64,000 nucleotides of DNA from Octopus sinensis (GCF_006345805.1 NC_043001.1:11532001-11596000), one strand, 5' to 3'; shown: positions 26,966 to 40,981, counted from the stretch's first letter. Notes: generated from the letters alone by a model not told the origin. Made by a program: numbers and translations.

Positions 26966-27373
26966 CGAAAAAGGTTTTTGAAAATGCAATTTAAAAGATG
27001 TTTATTTACTTTACCGGTTTCACTCTTTGGAAAAAGATTGTCAAAAGTAACATTTTGGTTGCGTTAATTATTGGTTGTTACAAATTACTACATTACATAT
27101 ATACAGTCTTTGGTACCCCACAACTCCACTTTGTTATATATATATTTTTCTGTACTTGTTTCAGTCATTTGACTGCGGCCATGCTGGAGCACCGCCTTAG
27201 AGTTGAAGAGTGTGGTGAAAGAGTACAGCAGGGATCACCACCTCCTGTCGGAGCCTCGTGGAGCTTTTAGGTGTTTTCGCTCAATAAACACACAAACGCC
27301 CGGTCTGGGAATCGAAACCGCGATCCTCCGACCGCAAGTCCGCTGCGCTGCCCTATAACCATAGGCCATTGCG

Positions 27374-27590
<217 letters not shown>

Positions 27591-29338
27591 ACGATGTGCA
27601 ATCGCTGTGAAGTGAAACCACGCGTAGGTCCGGAAAGTATAACTGTAAATAACTGTTAGATGAGGTCAATGGATGTGAAAATTTTCCATTCTCCTTGTTA
27701 TTATTAATGTTATATACATACAAACAAACACACGCACACACACACACAAACACATATATATATGTTCATGTGTATTAACTTATGTACCTGTGTGTTCACG
27801 TCTATTTCACTGAGAACAGTTGACAAAAACGCAGTCTATATCGAAATAGTTATTGACTGAATGATAAAGTGATCGAAAATGCTCTAATCAACAGGAAATG
27901 TATCCAAAATGTATCCAAAGTTATAGTCATCAAAATATTTTCTTGCAAAAATCATTCTTTTTATAAAACACATAAAATTGGATAGAAAATTAATTGCAAA
28001 TATTTGCTTTTAATGATAAGAACAAGTAATTTGTAAAAGGAAATACATTTTCAATTCATATTCGGGTTATATAGTGATCAGTTAATCAGACATTAACTGT
28101 CACAAGAAAGACATCGCAAATTAATCTTGACAAACGTTTGAAAAACAAATAATTGTGAAATTAATATGATAACATTTTAAAATGAAAAATATGTCAGTTA
28201 TGTGTTTTGGGAATGCGTCCGTATGTGTTTGTGGTATACACAGCCCGCCACAATAAACATTTGAATTATCTGTTTTGGTGCTAATAATAATTCATAAAAT
28301 TGACATTTTCGGGTGAAGTATAGGCGATTAGATCTACGTAATATTTTCAATATTATTTATGATATTGACCCACGGCAGATCACATGTCCTTCGTGAGATT
28401 TGATCGCGGATGCTAAAGGAACCGAAATCAGTGAAAAAGGATTGTTTCGTTCCATCGATTAATAGATTCATCATCATGCCATTAATTGCAATTTTAACAA
28501 TTATTTATAACATAAGCAAACAATTGCAATAAAACAATACATATTGATACTTGCTTAATATTTCAGTGGTCGACTTCAGTTCATTGGTATGTGTCCAGAA
28601 ACGTTAGCACGCCGGGTGAAATATGTAGCCGTATTTCGTCAGCTGTTACGTTCTGAGTTCAAATTCCGCCGAGGTCGACTTTGCCTTTCAACCTTTCGGC
28701 GTCGATAAATTAAGTACCAGTCAGGCACTGGATTCGATGTAATCGACTTAATCCCTGTGTCTATACTTCTTTGTCCCCTCTATGTTTCGCCCCTTGTGGA
28801 TAGTAAAGAAATAGGTATGCGTCCATCATGTCTTCCTGGAGAATATGAGCAATTTTTGATGTGAATATTTATATTTTGCGATTCATTACATATACCTTCT
28901 TGAACTCTATATCAAATTCTGTATATTAAATATTATCTTAATAATACAACTTAACGTGCATGTATTGATAGAACACTGTATACTGTGGTATATGGCATGA
29001 GAGATCATACAGAAGTACTGTGCTTAAAGTCTCAGCTATTAATACTGCACCTGTTGCCAATATCTGTTTTTTATAACCATGCTGCATATTTCCAAAATCA
29101 GTGCCTAAAAAGACAGTTATTCTGTACATTTTTGGCAGTGATATTTGGCGTGTATGCTGACCGGACACCTACCACTGAAGAAGCTCAGTATGCTGAAGTC
29201 CGGCGATCCGATAATTCAGACGCCCACCCAAGACATTTCTCGTCTGCTGCGATATATGTTTGTGCTCTTAAGGAGCGTGCGTCTACAACAAATGGCATTC
29301 CATGGTGAATTACGCAGTATTCGACTTTCTAACACTAC

Positions 29339-29723
29339 TGAAGCACTCCGTCGGTTACGACGATGAGGGTTCCGGATGATCCGAATCAACGGAACAGCCT
29401 GCTCGTGAAATTAACGTGTAAGTGGCTGAGCACTCCACAGACACGTGTACCCTTAACGTAGTTCTTGGAGATATTCAGCGTGACACAGAGAGTGACAAGG
29501 CCGGTCCTTTGAAATACAGGTACAACAGAAACAGGAAGTAAGAGTGAGAGAAAGTTGTGGTGAAAGAGTACAGCAGGGATCACCACCATCCCCTGCCGGA
29601 GCCTCGTGGAGCTTTTAGGTGTTTTCACTCAATAAACACTCACAACGTCCGGTCTGGGAATCGAAACCGCGATCCTATGACCGTGAGTCCGCTGCCCTAA
29701 CCACTGGACCATTGCGCTTCCAC
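29339..29723 (-). mobile_element. SINE family A, full length, 11-bp TSD
   Basis: TCTAACACTAC at 29328-29338 and 29724-29734. Confidence 0.9.
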
Positions 29724-30212
29724 TCTAACACTACATTCACGTTAAGTTCGGTATAAAGGTTGCTTTATGTACTAATGCTGCTTTCGTCACTATTATTTCT
29801 ATATAATCTATAACTTCTGATTTATATACGAAGAGGTTCTAAATATTAGTTCTTGAGAATACTTTGAGGAGTGATTCAAATATGAATGAAATAGAGCATT
29901 TGTTTTTGCATATTTCTTTGAAAAAATATTCTTTTGACGAATATTTTGTCTTTTCATTGTTTCGTGAATTGTCGGTAAAGTTCTTTTCGACGAATTGACT
30001 TTCGGCGAATGTACATTCGAAGAACGTTACAATTTCATAAATACGAATCTTACAAAACAGCGTGGCTGTGTGGGAAGTAGCTTCCCACATGGTTCCGGCT
30101 TCCCAACCACATGGTTCCGGCTTCAATCCCGCTGTGTGGCACCTTAGCCAAGTGTCTTCTACCAAAGCCTTCTCAGTAGGTTTTGTAAACGAAAACCGAA
30201 AGAAACCCGTGG

Positions 30213-30253
<41 letters not shown>

Positions 30254-30385
30254 TTGCGCGCGCGCGTGTGTGTGTATAAGCATGTATTTGTGTGTCAATG
30301 TTTGTCCCCCACCCTTGCTTGACAGCCGGTGTTGGTGGGTTTACGTCCCCGCAATAAAAATAATAACAACAACAACAACAACAAC

Positions 30386-30419
<34 letters not shown>

Positions 30420-30565
30420 TCGAAAAATACTTTAGGAATGAGAACCCAGGTTTGAAATTTCCCCAAGACACCTGATGAAGGCTGGAGGGTATATCAGCCG
30501 AAATGTTGTGTTAACAACAAACAAGATGAGGACAAATATCCGTCAAATGTAAATAATGTAAATGA
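30420..30565 (+). mobile_element. Short hammerhead-family element H1, near-intact core
   Basis: Motif at 30467-30512: gacac CTGATGA a GGCTG gagggtatat CAGCC GAA ATGT t gtgtt. Preceded by (AAC)n(AAT)n. Confidence 0.78.
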
Positions 30566-31170
30566 TTAAATAATTTTTTATAGAAAATAAAAGAAAATCA
30601 GCAAAAACTTAAACGATTCCGAGTCACAAATTGTTTGCAGCATTTTTAGTTTCTCCTGATAATATTAGAAATCACACAGCAGTCACATAATCCGAATGAC
30701 ATTACACCAAATCATTTAGTATACGCTAATTCAATTAAAGGTGTAGAATATCGCTTGATGCTTCTCTCTGTTATGTATGCATGTATGTATGTGTGTGTGT
30801 ATGTATGTATGTGTTCATGTATGTATAAATCGATAGATGTGAGTGTATGGGAGTACATACACACACATTAAGCAAAATATATGCATACTCACAACGAATT
30901 ATTTTTCTCTTCCTTTACATGTTTCAGTCTTTGGACAGTGGCCATGCTGGTGTACCGTCTTGAAGGTTGACCCCCCACAGGACTTATATTTCGAAACGTG
31001 GCTTTAATATCGGGTTCTTACGCCGAACAGCTAGGTTACGGGAACGTAAACAAACCAAAGTGTGTTGGAAAGTTGTAGTGGGAGAGAAACACATGCACTA
31101 CTTACACACACACGCACACACACGCACATATATATATCCGTGCATACTTACAAATATATATATATATATT

Positions 31171-31259
<89 letters not shown>

Positions 31260-31660
31260 CATATTATGTATATGTGTGTATATGTGTGAATATATATTTA
31301 TATATTCGCTTATTCCCTTACATCTTTCAGTCATTTGACAGCGGCAATGCTGGAGCACCGCCTTTAGTCGAGCAAATCAACCCCAGGCCTTAATCTTTGT
31401 AAGCCTAGTAGTTATTCTGTTGGTCTCGTTTAACAAACCGCTAAGTTACGGGCACGTAAACACACTAGCATCGGTTGCCAAGCGATTCTGAGAGGACAAA
31501 CACAGACATAGACAGACAGACACACACACACACACACATATATGATAGTATAGTAATTGGCTTGAAGCATTGTATATTGTTTGGGAAATATAACGTGTCT
31601 TGAGTGGCACAATAATGCAGAGTGGAACATAATAGCTGTTATGATTTTATTATCCATACT

Positions 31661-31868
31661 CTTTTACTCTTTTACTCTTTTACTTGTTTCAGTCATTTGA
31701 CTGCGGCCATGCTGGAGCACCGCCTTTAGTCGAGCAAATCGACCCCGGGTCTTATTCTTTGTAAGCCCAGTGCTTATTCTTATCGGTCTGTTTTGCCGAA
31801 CCGCTAAGTTACGGGGACGTAAACACACCAGCATCGGTTGTCAAGCAATGCTAGGGGGACAAACACAG

Positions 31869-31915
<47 letters not shown>

Positions 31916-32077
31916 CGACAGGCTTCTTTCAGTTTCCGTCTACGAAATCCACTCACAAGGCATTGGTCGGCCCGGGGCTGTAGCAGAAGACACTTGCCCA
32001 AGATGCCACGCAGTGGGACTGAACCCGGAACCATGGGGTTGGTTAGCAAGCTACTTACCACACAGCCACTCCTGCGC
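31661..32077 (-). mobile_element. SINE family C (tRNA head, CORE-like block, internal microsatellite), full length
   Basis: GCGCAGGAGTGGCTGTGTGG head, GCATCTTGGGCAAGTGTC block, internal (TA)n(TG)n, CAGTCAAATGACTGAAACAAGTAAAAGAG tail. Confidence 0.88.
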
Positions 32078-32276
32078 CATAGTCTGATATAATGCTAATA
32101 TTTCGGAATACAAGAAAACAAGGACAGGTCATTTCATTATTGAATTGGTAAAAGGTGGTTTTTCTAATTTATACATATATCATATTTTGTGAAATTTGAT
32201 TTAGTCTTTCTAAATTGAATTTTTCCTTGTAAGTTTGGAATAATATTCCCTCATATTATTACTATTATTATTATTA

Positions 32277-32330
<54 letters not shown>

Positions 32331-32372
32331 CATTATTATTATTATTATATAAAGATATATATATATATAAGA

Positions 32373-32573
32373 TAATCCCTCGCCTGTCGTACGTGTTACG
32401 TTCCAAAAGTTCCCACAGAAATAAATAAAATCTTAAAGACTATAGATAACTATCGGCCGTAGAAACACGTGATATACTGAGGAGTCCGCGATATAAATTT
32501 ACGTATATTAGCCAGAAAATTCCGCCATGAACTGACTGCTCGATACATGAACCGCGATATGGCGAGGGATTAC
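32373..32573. mobile_element. Tigger/pogo-like MITE, decayed (same family as 46364)
   Basis: TAATCCCTCGCC ... GGCGAGGGATTA. Shares GAACCGCGATATGGCGA with the 46.5-kb copy. Confidence 0.5.
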
Positions 32574-32670
32574 TCGATATAGTGAGAATTTACGGAAACA
32601 ACAAAAGACGCAGACGTGCGTGTAAACAACAAAGAGATGTATTAGTTTAACGCTCGGGAACTAAGAAAGT

Positions 32671-32706
32671 GTTTTACGTTTCGCACCTACGCTCTTCAAC
32701 AGGAAC
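32671..32706 (-). ncRNA. Hammerhead motif family H2, decayed copy
   Basis: Minus strand: gttc CTGTTGA a GAGC gtag GTGC GAA ACGT A aaac. Confidence 0.55.
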
Positions 32707-32794
32707 GAATACAGGTTTAGTGGCTAACGAAATATATATATATATATAATATATAATATTAAATCTGTGAGCGAGATTTAGTTGGCAAATATCT

Positions 32795-32799
32795 ATAAA

Positions 32800-32885
<86 letters not shown>

Positions 32886-32913
32886 CCATCTATCTATTTA
32901 TCTATCTATTTAT

Positions 32914-32990
<77 letters not shown>
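32795..32990. repeat. (TATC)n
   Basis: Direct inspection. Confidence 0.97.
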
Positions 32991-32992
<2 letters not shown>

Positions 32993-34329
32993 GTATATGA
33001 GTTCACCTTTGAGTGTGTAGAAGCAAGTACAGAACATTTGTGCATATGTATATAATTCATACATGTATTATAAACGCAATACATGGATATTTGTGTACAT
33101 ATACGCATATACTCATAGATATATAGAAGCATATATGGATATATCCATGTACATACACAATGTTTGTATGCGTGTGGACATTCAACAAAAGAATTCGGAG
33201 AGACGCTAGCTGGTGTAAAAATCTATAACACAATGAAAGAAGAGAAGAAATTTATAGTTTGTATTGATAACTTTAGAAATTCTTTGAAGAAATTCAGTAA
33301 AATTGGTAAACGTCGATCGTTAGTATATTGAATGGACTAATTAGTAGAGCTTAATTCATTAGTATAATTTGTTAAGAGGCATTGTTATTGCTCGTTCTTT
33401 GCTATTTCTTATCAATGCCCGTTCTTTTCCAGTCGCTCTCCTGAATAGTATTATTGTTATTACTAGTACACAGCATTTGTATTGTTTACGTGTTCCTGCA
33501 GATTACGAAACACACAACGCATACATAGACACACAGACACACAGGCACACACTTACACATACATACATACACGCATGTACGCACACACGCACAGGCATAG
33601 ACAGATGCGCACACACACATCTACAGGAACGAGCAAACACAGATACACACACAAACACACACGAACACAAATACACACACACATACACACACAAACACAC
33701 ACGAACACAAATCCACACACACACATACACACATACAAACACAATTTATAAAGTTTTATCTCTCTGATTTACAAATATATTATTCAGTACTGAAATATTA
33801 TTAATCTTAGGAAATGAAACTCAATAAATAGATTTTGTACCACTTCATCTTAAAGGACACTGGCATACCTGGACTTATTACAGATATCTATCTCCTCTTT
33901 GGGTTAAAAAATGTCCGCTCGAACGGACACCCATGTTAAAGTGGCTACGAATATTACTTGTCAGTACAACTACTACATTAGTCTTTTAGAGAGATTTAAG
34001 AACTAGCATTTTTGCTTGTGGCAAAATCAGTGATTCTCTATTCGCTTGAAATATATGAATATAAATGCGTAGAGAAGCGAACTGCTGTTATCTCTAGCAG
34101 AAGACTTGTTGGGTACTGAGGAGTGACAGAAATGGCCCGAAACCAGGACTGGCCTACTGGTTCCGTCGCTAGAAAAAAGTAGGGATTCCCTTCCCTGATC
34201 ACAATTTTATCGGATGCAGCTGTGCATCCTTAACCAGATACAAGAGATGTCCTCTTGGGGTTAAATAGTCGCAGTAGAGTCCGTTCGAACGGATAGCCAC
34301 GTTAAAGTGGCTACGAATATTTGTGAAGT

Positions 34330-34965
34330 CTTCTATAAAGGCATTGAGCATTCTTCGGTAAGATTACAACGACGGGACAATGGGTCGTACGCTATGTTTC
34401 GCATGTCAAGGACACTTCAAAGGTGGAAGAACATCTTTGGAACATGGTAGGTGATCGGGAAGATCTGCCACTTGCGTCACCCCAGATATGTGGAGGAAAA
34501 TTCATCAGCTTCTGTGTGAGAACGATCGAAGGAAATCAATGATATTTTGAAGCATTCGAAGGAGGGCATTCGGCAAAAGCTACCGGATCCGTGAAGCGTG
34601 AAGAATTGGATTCTTTCTGACAACAATGCACTCTGTCACTGAGCTCTCATCTCTCGTGTGTTTCTCGCCAAAAACAATATAGTATCGCTTCTGCTCCAGC
34701 CCTGTTCTATCAGTTCGCCAAGATGAAACTGTAGCTGAAAGCCTGCCATTTTAACAGCGTAGTTGAGATACAGAGCAGATCGCAGAAGGTCCTCGCCTCA
34801 CGGAAAACGAATTCCAGGCCGGAGCCAAAATGTAGAAGGAATGGTGTGACCGGTGTAGTGCTGCGCAAGGTAATTATTTCGAAGGAGTTGATATTAAAAT
34901 TTAGGTAAATAAGTTATTTTTTATTAAACATAACAAGTCTGGGAACTTTTTGATACCACCTCGTA
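34330..34965 (+). mobile_element. mariner deletion derivative with right TIR
   Basis: Decayed transposase pieces (HTH region, DNNALCH for HDNAPxH, C-terminal W..C.AAQGNYFEG). Right TIR CAAGTCTGGGAACTTTTTGATACCACCTCG followed by TA at 34964-34965. Left TIR not seen. Confidence 0.75.
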
Positions 34966-34992
34966 CGTCCTTACATTCGTAAATAACAACTG

Positions 34993-35732
34993 TATATTAA
35001 GAGTTACGGATAAGCGCACCTGACGACAGGAAACGCGGACTAAAGCAGCAAAATAAATGTTCTTCAATCACCGAATGCTGTTTATCAAACGAAAATTCAT
35101 GCAGCGAAGTTGTAGCAAAGCTATCGTTGGTACCCCAGCATGGCCGCAGCTGTCGGACTGAAGCTTGCAACAAATAAACATTTAAAAAGAAATGATAGCG
35201 TTATAAAAATTGTAATTTTCTATATATTATTATATGCCAGATGTCTAATTTTCAAGCAAATTCAAAACTATTGACCGTTAGTGCACTTTCGTTTATCACT
35301 TAAACTCTCGTTATGGCATCGAGATAGACATTTTACGATTTCCTAAGTTTAGAGAAGATATTATTATTGCCTGGAGAACAGTAAAGTAAATATCATAGAC
35401 AGTATTTGCATATATTTAAGTGTAAAATAAATACGAGTCTACTGTCAATAACGATTTGGTATTTAGGTGCGAGGCCAGCGGTTTTGGTGGAGTGGTTAAA
35501 TCGATTTCATTCACCCTACTTGTACAGCTGCTATCGTTCTATCGGTTCCGAAAGGATGAAAGGCAATACTGACCTAGGCGAAGTTTGAACTCAGAACATG
35601 AAGACGGCTAAAACAGGAAGACGGCTAAAACAGGAAGACGGCTAAGCGTGCTGACGATTAAGCCACCTCATTGCCTTCTCCACTTTCAGTACTAAATACA
35701 ATCTTGTCTTCGGCCCTGTCGAATTTGCGTAT

Positions 35733-35814
<82 letters not shown>

Positions 35815-35980
35815 GAGAGACAAAGACAGACACACATACACAAAAATATACATATATATACGTATTCACTGCATGAATTTTCGTCTGATAAACAGCATTT
35901 GGTGATTGAAGAACATTTATTTTGCTGCTTTAGTCTGCGTTTCCTGTCGTCAGGTGCGCTTATCCGTAAGTCTTAATATA
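34993..35980. repeat. 116-bp inverted repeat pair bounding a ~990-bp MITE-like segment
   Basis: 34993-35108 is the reverse complement of 35865-35980 with about 5 mismatches. TA-rich flanks. Interior contains SINE pieces and (GA)n. Confidence 0.75.
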
Positions 35981-36339
35981 TATGTGTGTGTGTGCGTGTA
36001 CGTATATATATATATATATATATATATATACTAGTAGAGATATTTGTATGTATGTATGTATGTATGTATGTATCTCTCTCTTTCTCTCTCTCTCTCTCTC
36101 GATATATATATATATAAATATATATATATCAAAATAAGCAACATAGATATCCAGAAGTAATGCAGTGCGATCGTTTCCTGCAACACCATTTAATTGAACA
36201 ATGCAATCATTACAACAATTTAAAATGTAGAGCAACATTCAGCTGCACATAGACATAGGATCTAATTAAATTAGAACAGATGGACACATTAGTATAACTA
36301 TACCTAAAATCTCCAAGAAGTTAAGGAGATAGATAAAGA

Positions 36340-36398
36340 ACATGTCTTTACTTCAGCAGAGAAGTAATTGAAGAGACCCAGAACAAGTCGAAACATGT
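36340..36398 (+). ncRNA. Type III hammerhead motif (slightly decayed)
   Basis: ACATGT C t TTACTTC agcaga GAAGTAA TTGAAGA GAC ccagaacaa GTC GAA ACATGT. 6-bp stem III, GUC triplet, 7-bp stem I hairpin, 3-bp stem II. C3 reads T. Confidence 0.68.
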
Positions 36399-36536
36399 GT
36401 TGTGCCCAATATAGTCTATTACACATTCCCTCTCTTAACTTATTAATACTGTTACCCCAACAGATAACAACAGGTAATCGAAACTGTGCCGGGTTTTGCT
36501 CATCATCTATTTGTACATTTTGTACAATTTCTCCAT

Positions 36537-36539
<3 letters not shown>

Positions 36540-36567
<28 letters not shown>

Positions 36568-36649
36568 TAATATATATATATAATTATATATAGATATTAT
36601 ATATATAGATAGATAGATAGATAGATAGATAGATTGATAGATAGATAGA

Positions 36650-36683
<34 letters not shown>

Positions 36684-36688
36684 GGGTG

Positions 36689-36772
<84 letters not shown>

Positions 36773-36775
36773 CAA
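36540..36775. repeat. (TA)n/(GATA)n
   Basis: Direct inspection. Confidence 0.97.
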
Positions 36776-37269
36776 ACAAATACTTCTAACAAATGAGAGG
36801 AGATTACTAAAAGTATGTTTTAGACAATATTTCATTTATTGAAAGTGTATGTTTATCTCAAACCCCGAGTTTAGCGCCGCTGCAATCATTTATAAGCCTA
36901 CCTAACTATGATATTTTGACAGGATCGTGTCGGGGGATTACCTTCCAATCTTAATTATCTGTATATATAAGGCCGCGAGCTGGAACAATCGTTAAGGCAT
37001 CGGACTTGCGAGTTTCTTCCTGCTGATTCCGTCCTGAGTTCAAAGGCCGCTGATATTAATTAGGCCTTGCATTCTTTCGGCGTCGGTAAAATAAATACCA
37101 GTCGTGCCACAGAATTGATGTTATCGACTTATCACTCGCCTCAAACATGTTGATCTTGTGTTAAAATGAGAAGTAATTATCATCCATCTTTCTACCCATA
37201 TATCCATATTGCACACGCACAGACACATACACACACACAAACACACAGACACACAACTCTTTTATACTT

Positions 37270-37658
37270 ATTTACTTGTTTCAGTCATTTGACCGCGGCC
37301 ATGCTGGGGCACCGCCTTTAGTCGAGCAAATCGACCCCAGGACTTACTCTTTGTAAGTCTAGTACTTATTCTATCGGCCCCTTTTGCCGAACCGCTAATT
37401 TACGGGGACGTAAACAGACCAGCATCGGTTGTCAAACGATGTTAGACGGACACACACAGACACAAACACACATACATATATACATATACATATATACGAC
37501 AAGCTTCTTTCAGTTTCTGTCTACCAAATCCACTCACGAGGCTTTGGTCGGCCCGACGCTATTTAGAAGACACTTGCCCAATGTGCCACGCAGTGGGACT
37601 GAACCCAGAACCATGTGGTTGATAAGCAATTTACTTACCACACAGCCACTCCTGCGCC
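37270..37658 (-). mobile_element. SINE family C, full length
   Basis: Matches the family C consensus. Confidence 0.85.
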
Positions 37659-38510
37659 TATGCATATACATATGTACATGCTCACTCTTTAGCTTGCAAC
37701 AAACCTTCCATCGTCTATTTTTACATGCCATCCACAGAAGACCATTCCCTTCTCGTTTCTAACACTTCACTATTTTCTTTCTTCCATTCTTTAGGGTTGT
37801 CGTTGCGTTTGAGAAATTATCAACGTCCGAAAAGTTAGGTTCGATTTTTTAAATCACTAAAGGGCTAAACAAGTATCTTGTTTGATCATCTTTGTTCTTC
37901 ATTTACTGTTCTTGTTCTCTATGTATCTAATATATCCGTATGCCTGTGTGTAAGAGTCTATATGTGTTTGTGCTGTGCGTGTGTACGTGTGTGTGAGCGT
38001 GTGGGTGTATACGTGTGTCTTCTGGATTTCTTCGTCTTTTCCTCCTTTATATGTGTGTGCTTTTGTTCTATTTGCAATCATTTTAGTTATTGTTGCGTTA
38101 TATTTGTAGAATCGTGATTACCATATTAGGTATATATTTCGTACGTAAAATGATGATAGAATTCATTTATTTTTTTTTATATAACGTAATCCAACATGAA
38201 TTAAACTCATTAATGAAATTCGAAGTAACATTAAGCTTCAATTTTTTTTGAAAATTTTGTAAATTTTGTAATGAGGAGAACTGCCTTTATTCTACAATCC
38301 ACTAGCGGTATTATTCAGATCGTGGTGTTAGCTAGCGTGATCAAGAGATAAGTATAGAATAACAAATCCATTCATAATTGTTTTCGAATAAGAAAACATT
38401 ATAATCGGAAAGACAGGAGAATGTCATGGGTGATTGCTTGTGACTAGGAAAACTGAATGGATGGATGGTGTTGCACATTTCCCCGTGTCTTACTGAATAA
38501 ATATAATCTA

Positions 38511-38910
38511 GGCGCCGGAGTGGCTGTGAGGTAACTAGCTTGCTTACCAACCACATGGTTCCGGGTTCACTCCCACTGCGTGGCACCTTGAGCAAGTGTC
38601 TTCTATTATAGCCTCGGGCCGACCAAAGCCTTGTGGGTGGATTTGGTAGACGGAAACTGGAAGAAGCCCGTCCTATATATGTATGTATATGTATGTGTGT
38701 ATATGTTTGTGTGTCTGTGTTTATCCCCCCACCATTGCTTGACAACCGATGGTGGTGTGTTTACGTCCCCGTAACCTAGCGGTTCAGCAAAAGAGACTGA
38801 TAGAATAAGTACTAGGCATACAAAGAATAAGTCCTGGGGTCGATTTACTCGACTAAAAGGCGGTGCTCCAGCATGACCACAGTCAAATGACTGAAACAAG
38901 TGAATAAAAG
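38511..38910 (+). mobile_element. SINE family C, full length
   Basis: Matches the family C consensus. Others at about 4541-4669(-), 19590-19865(-), 24775-25090(-), 25113-25505(+), 41655-42058(+) and 55428-55835(+). Confidence 0.85.
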
Positions 38911-39442
38911 AAAAAGTAGTGCTTACGCATATTTCAGTGTGTTTAAGTATAGTTTTACTTTTAAATCGTAACACTGTTCCTCTTTAACCGTTTAGGTAAC
39001 GGGCGGGAGTAACGATTCCACAAGGGTTCCGCTTCTAAAATATGGTTTATGTATAGCATAGATTGTGTTCGTTTCTAAATACACACAAGCAAACATCTGC
39101 GTATATATACAAACAAACATATATTGAAATATATATATATATATACACACACCCAACAATCAGTCGGAAGCAAAACAAAACCCCGTGTCATGTGATTTTT
39201 ATTTGAAATTTTGTAAACTTCTAGAATGTACATCATGAAAGATTAATTTAAGATTAAATTAATTCCATTCAATTTATATTTTATTTGAGTATGAAAAAAT
39301 CGTGTCACTAAGCAAGTGAAACCGATAACATACCTTGGTAACACCAGCATTACCTTTTTAATCCATGATAATTCTTAAATATGTCTTCTCAAATTTTCTT
39401 GATATAAATTTAGTTATGTGTAACCCCTTAAATTTATGAACG

Positions 39443-39508
<66 letters not shown>

Positions 39509-39710
39509 ATAACGACGGTGCATCAGCATGCCGCAGCTCTGAGCTGAAACTAGGAAAGAAAAAAAAAAAATATATATATATATTTTTTCTTCAAGGCTAG
39601 TATTTTATAATGTGAGTCGTTTGTTTTCGCTATATTTATTGGTGGTTTCCTCAAATAAGTTCGTGCAGTTATTTATACCGAGAGCGCAGAGGAAAGAGAA
39701 AATTCGTTCA

Positions 39711-39738
<28 letters not shown>

Positions 39739-39741
<3 letters not shown>

Positions 39742-39936
39742 GGTCCCGGGTTGATTCGGGGTTAACCACAGTAAATAAGGTACTCAATACATAGCAGAGT
39801 AAAATTAATTTATTATATAGAAGGAGCTTCTACAGGACTAGAACTGTTTCATTCAAGAGAAATCTTCAGGAAGCACTTGAAGATTCCTGAAGATTTCTCT
39901 TGAATGAAACAGTTCTAGTCCTGTAGAAGCTCCTTC

Positions 39937-40002
<66 letters not shown>

Positions 40003-40005
40003 ATA

Positions 40006-40087
<82 letters not shown>

Positions 40088-40094
40088 TAATACA

Positions 40095-40144
<50 letters not shown>

Positions 40145-40343
40145 GGTCCCGGGTTGATTCGGGGTTAACCACAGTAAATAAGGTACTCAATACATAGCAG
40201 AGTAAAATTAATTTATTATATAGAAGGAGCTTCTACAGGACTAGAACTGTTTCATTCAAGAGAAATCTTCAGAAGCACTTGAAGATTCCTGAAGATTTCT
40301 CTTGAATGAACAGTTCTAGTCCTGTAGAAGCTCCTTCTATATA

Positions 40344-40347
<4 letters not shown>
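39739..40347. mobile_element. Two tandem copies of a ~205-bp fold-back element carrying a type I hammerhead
   Basis: Units start GTAGGTCCCGGG at 39739 and 40142, separated by (TA)n. Unit 1 has perfect 59-bp inverted arms (39814-39872 / 39884-39942) with an 11-nt loop. Minus strand 39874-39826: gcttc CTGAAGA t TTC tctt GAA t GAA ACAG ttctagtc CTGT A gaagc. Confidence 0.75.
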
Positions 40348-40418
<71 letters not shown>

Positions 40419-40515
40419 ACATATATATATATATAGATATATATATGTATATATATATATATATATGTATATATATACATATATATACATATATATATAT
40501 ATATATTATATATAT

Positions 40516-40564
<49 letters not shown>

Positions 40565-40799
40565 GTTTGAGAGAAGAGAGACAATTGTGTTAAGAGAGAG
40601 AATTGTGTATGCTGAAACTCTGAGATAGCAAGTAACCTAGCTGTCAAAGACTTCCTTTAGGCTGGTTATTGTCGAGTTTCTTAGATAAAGTCATTTTGAA
40701 ATAAACTGAAAATGAAATTGCTAAGCCTGTAAAACTAAATATTAAAAAAAAAACAATAAAATATATTTCATCCTTAAAAACAAAACGAAACAAACAGTT

Positions 40800-40933
40800 T
40801 GTTTGTTGTTTTTGTTGTTGTTGTTGTCGTTTTCATTATCGTTATTATTATTATTATTATTAGTAGTAGTAGTAGTATTAGTATTATTATTATTATTACT
40901 ACTACTATTATTATCATTGTTATTATTATTATT

Positions 40934-40974
<41 letters not shown>

Positions 40975-40981
40975 TATTATT

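Noticed and set aside
28985-29308. 107-aa ORF in unique sequence
   Set aside because: No recognisable homology, and the length is compatible with chance.
35018-35040. Hammerhead from CTGACGA..GAAAC
   Set aside because: Only 2-3 nt separate the core halves, so there is no stem II. It folds better as a CCTG/CAGG hairpin.
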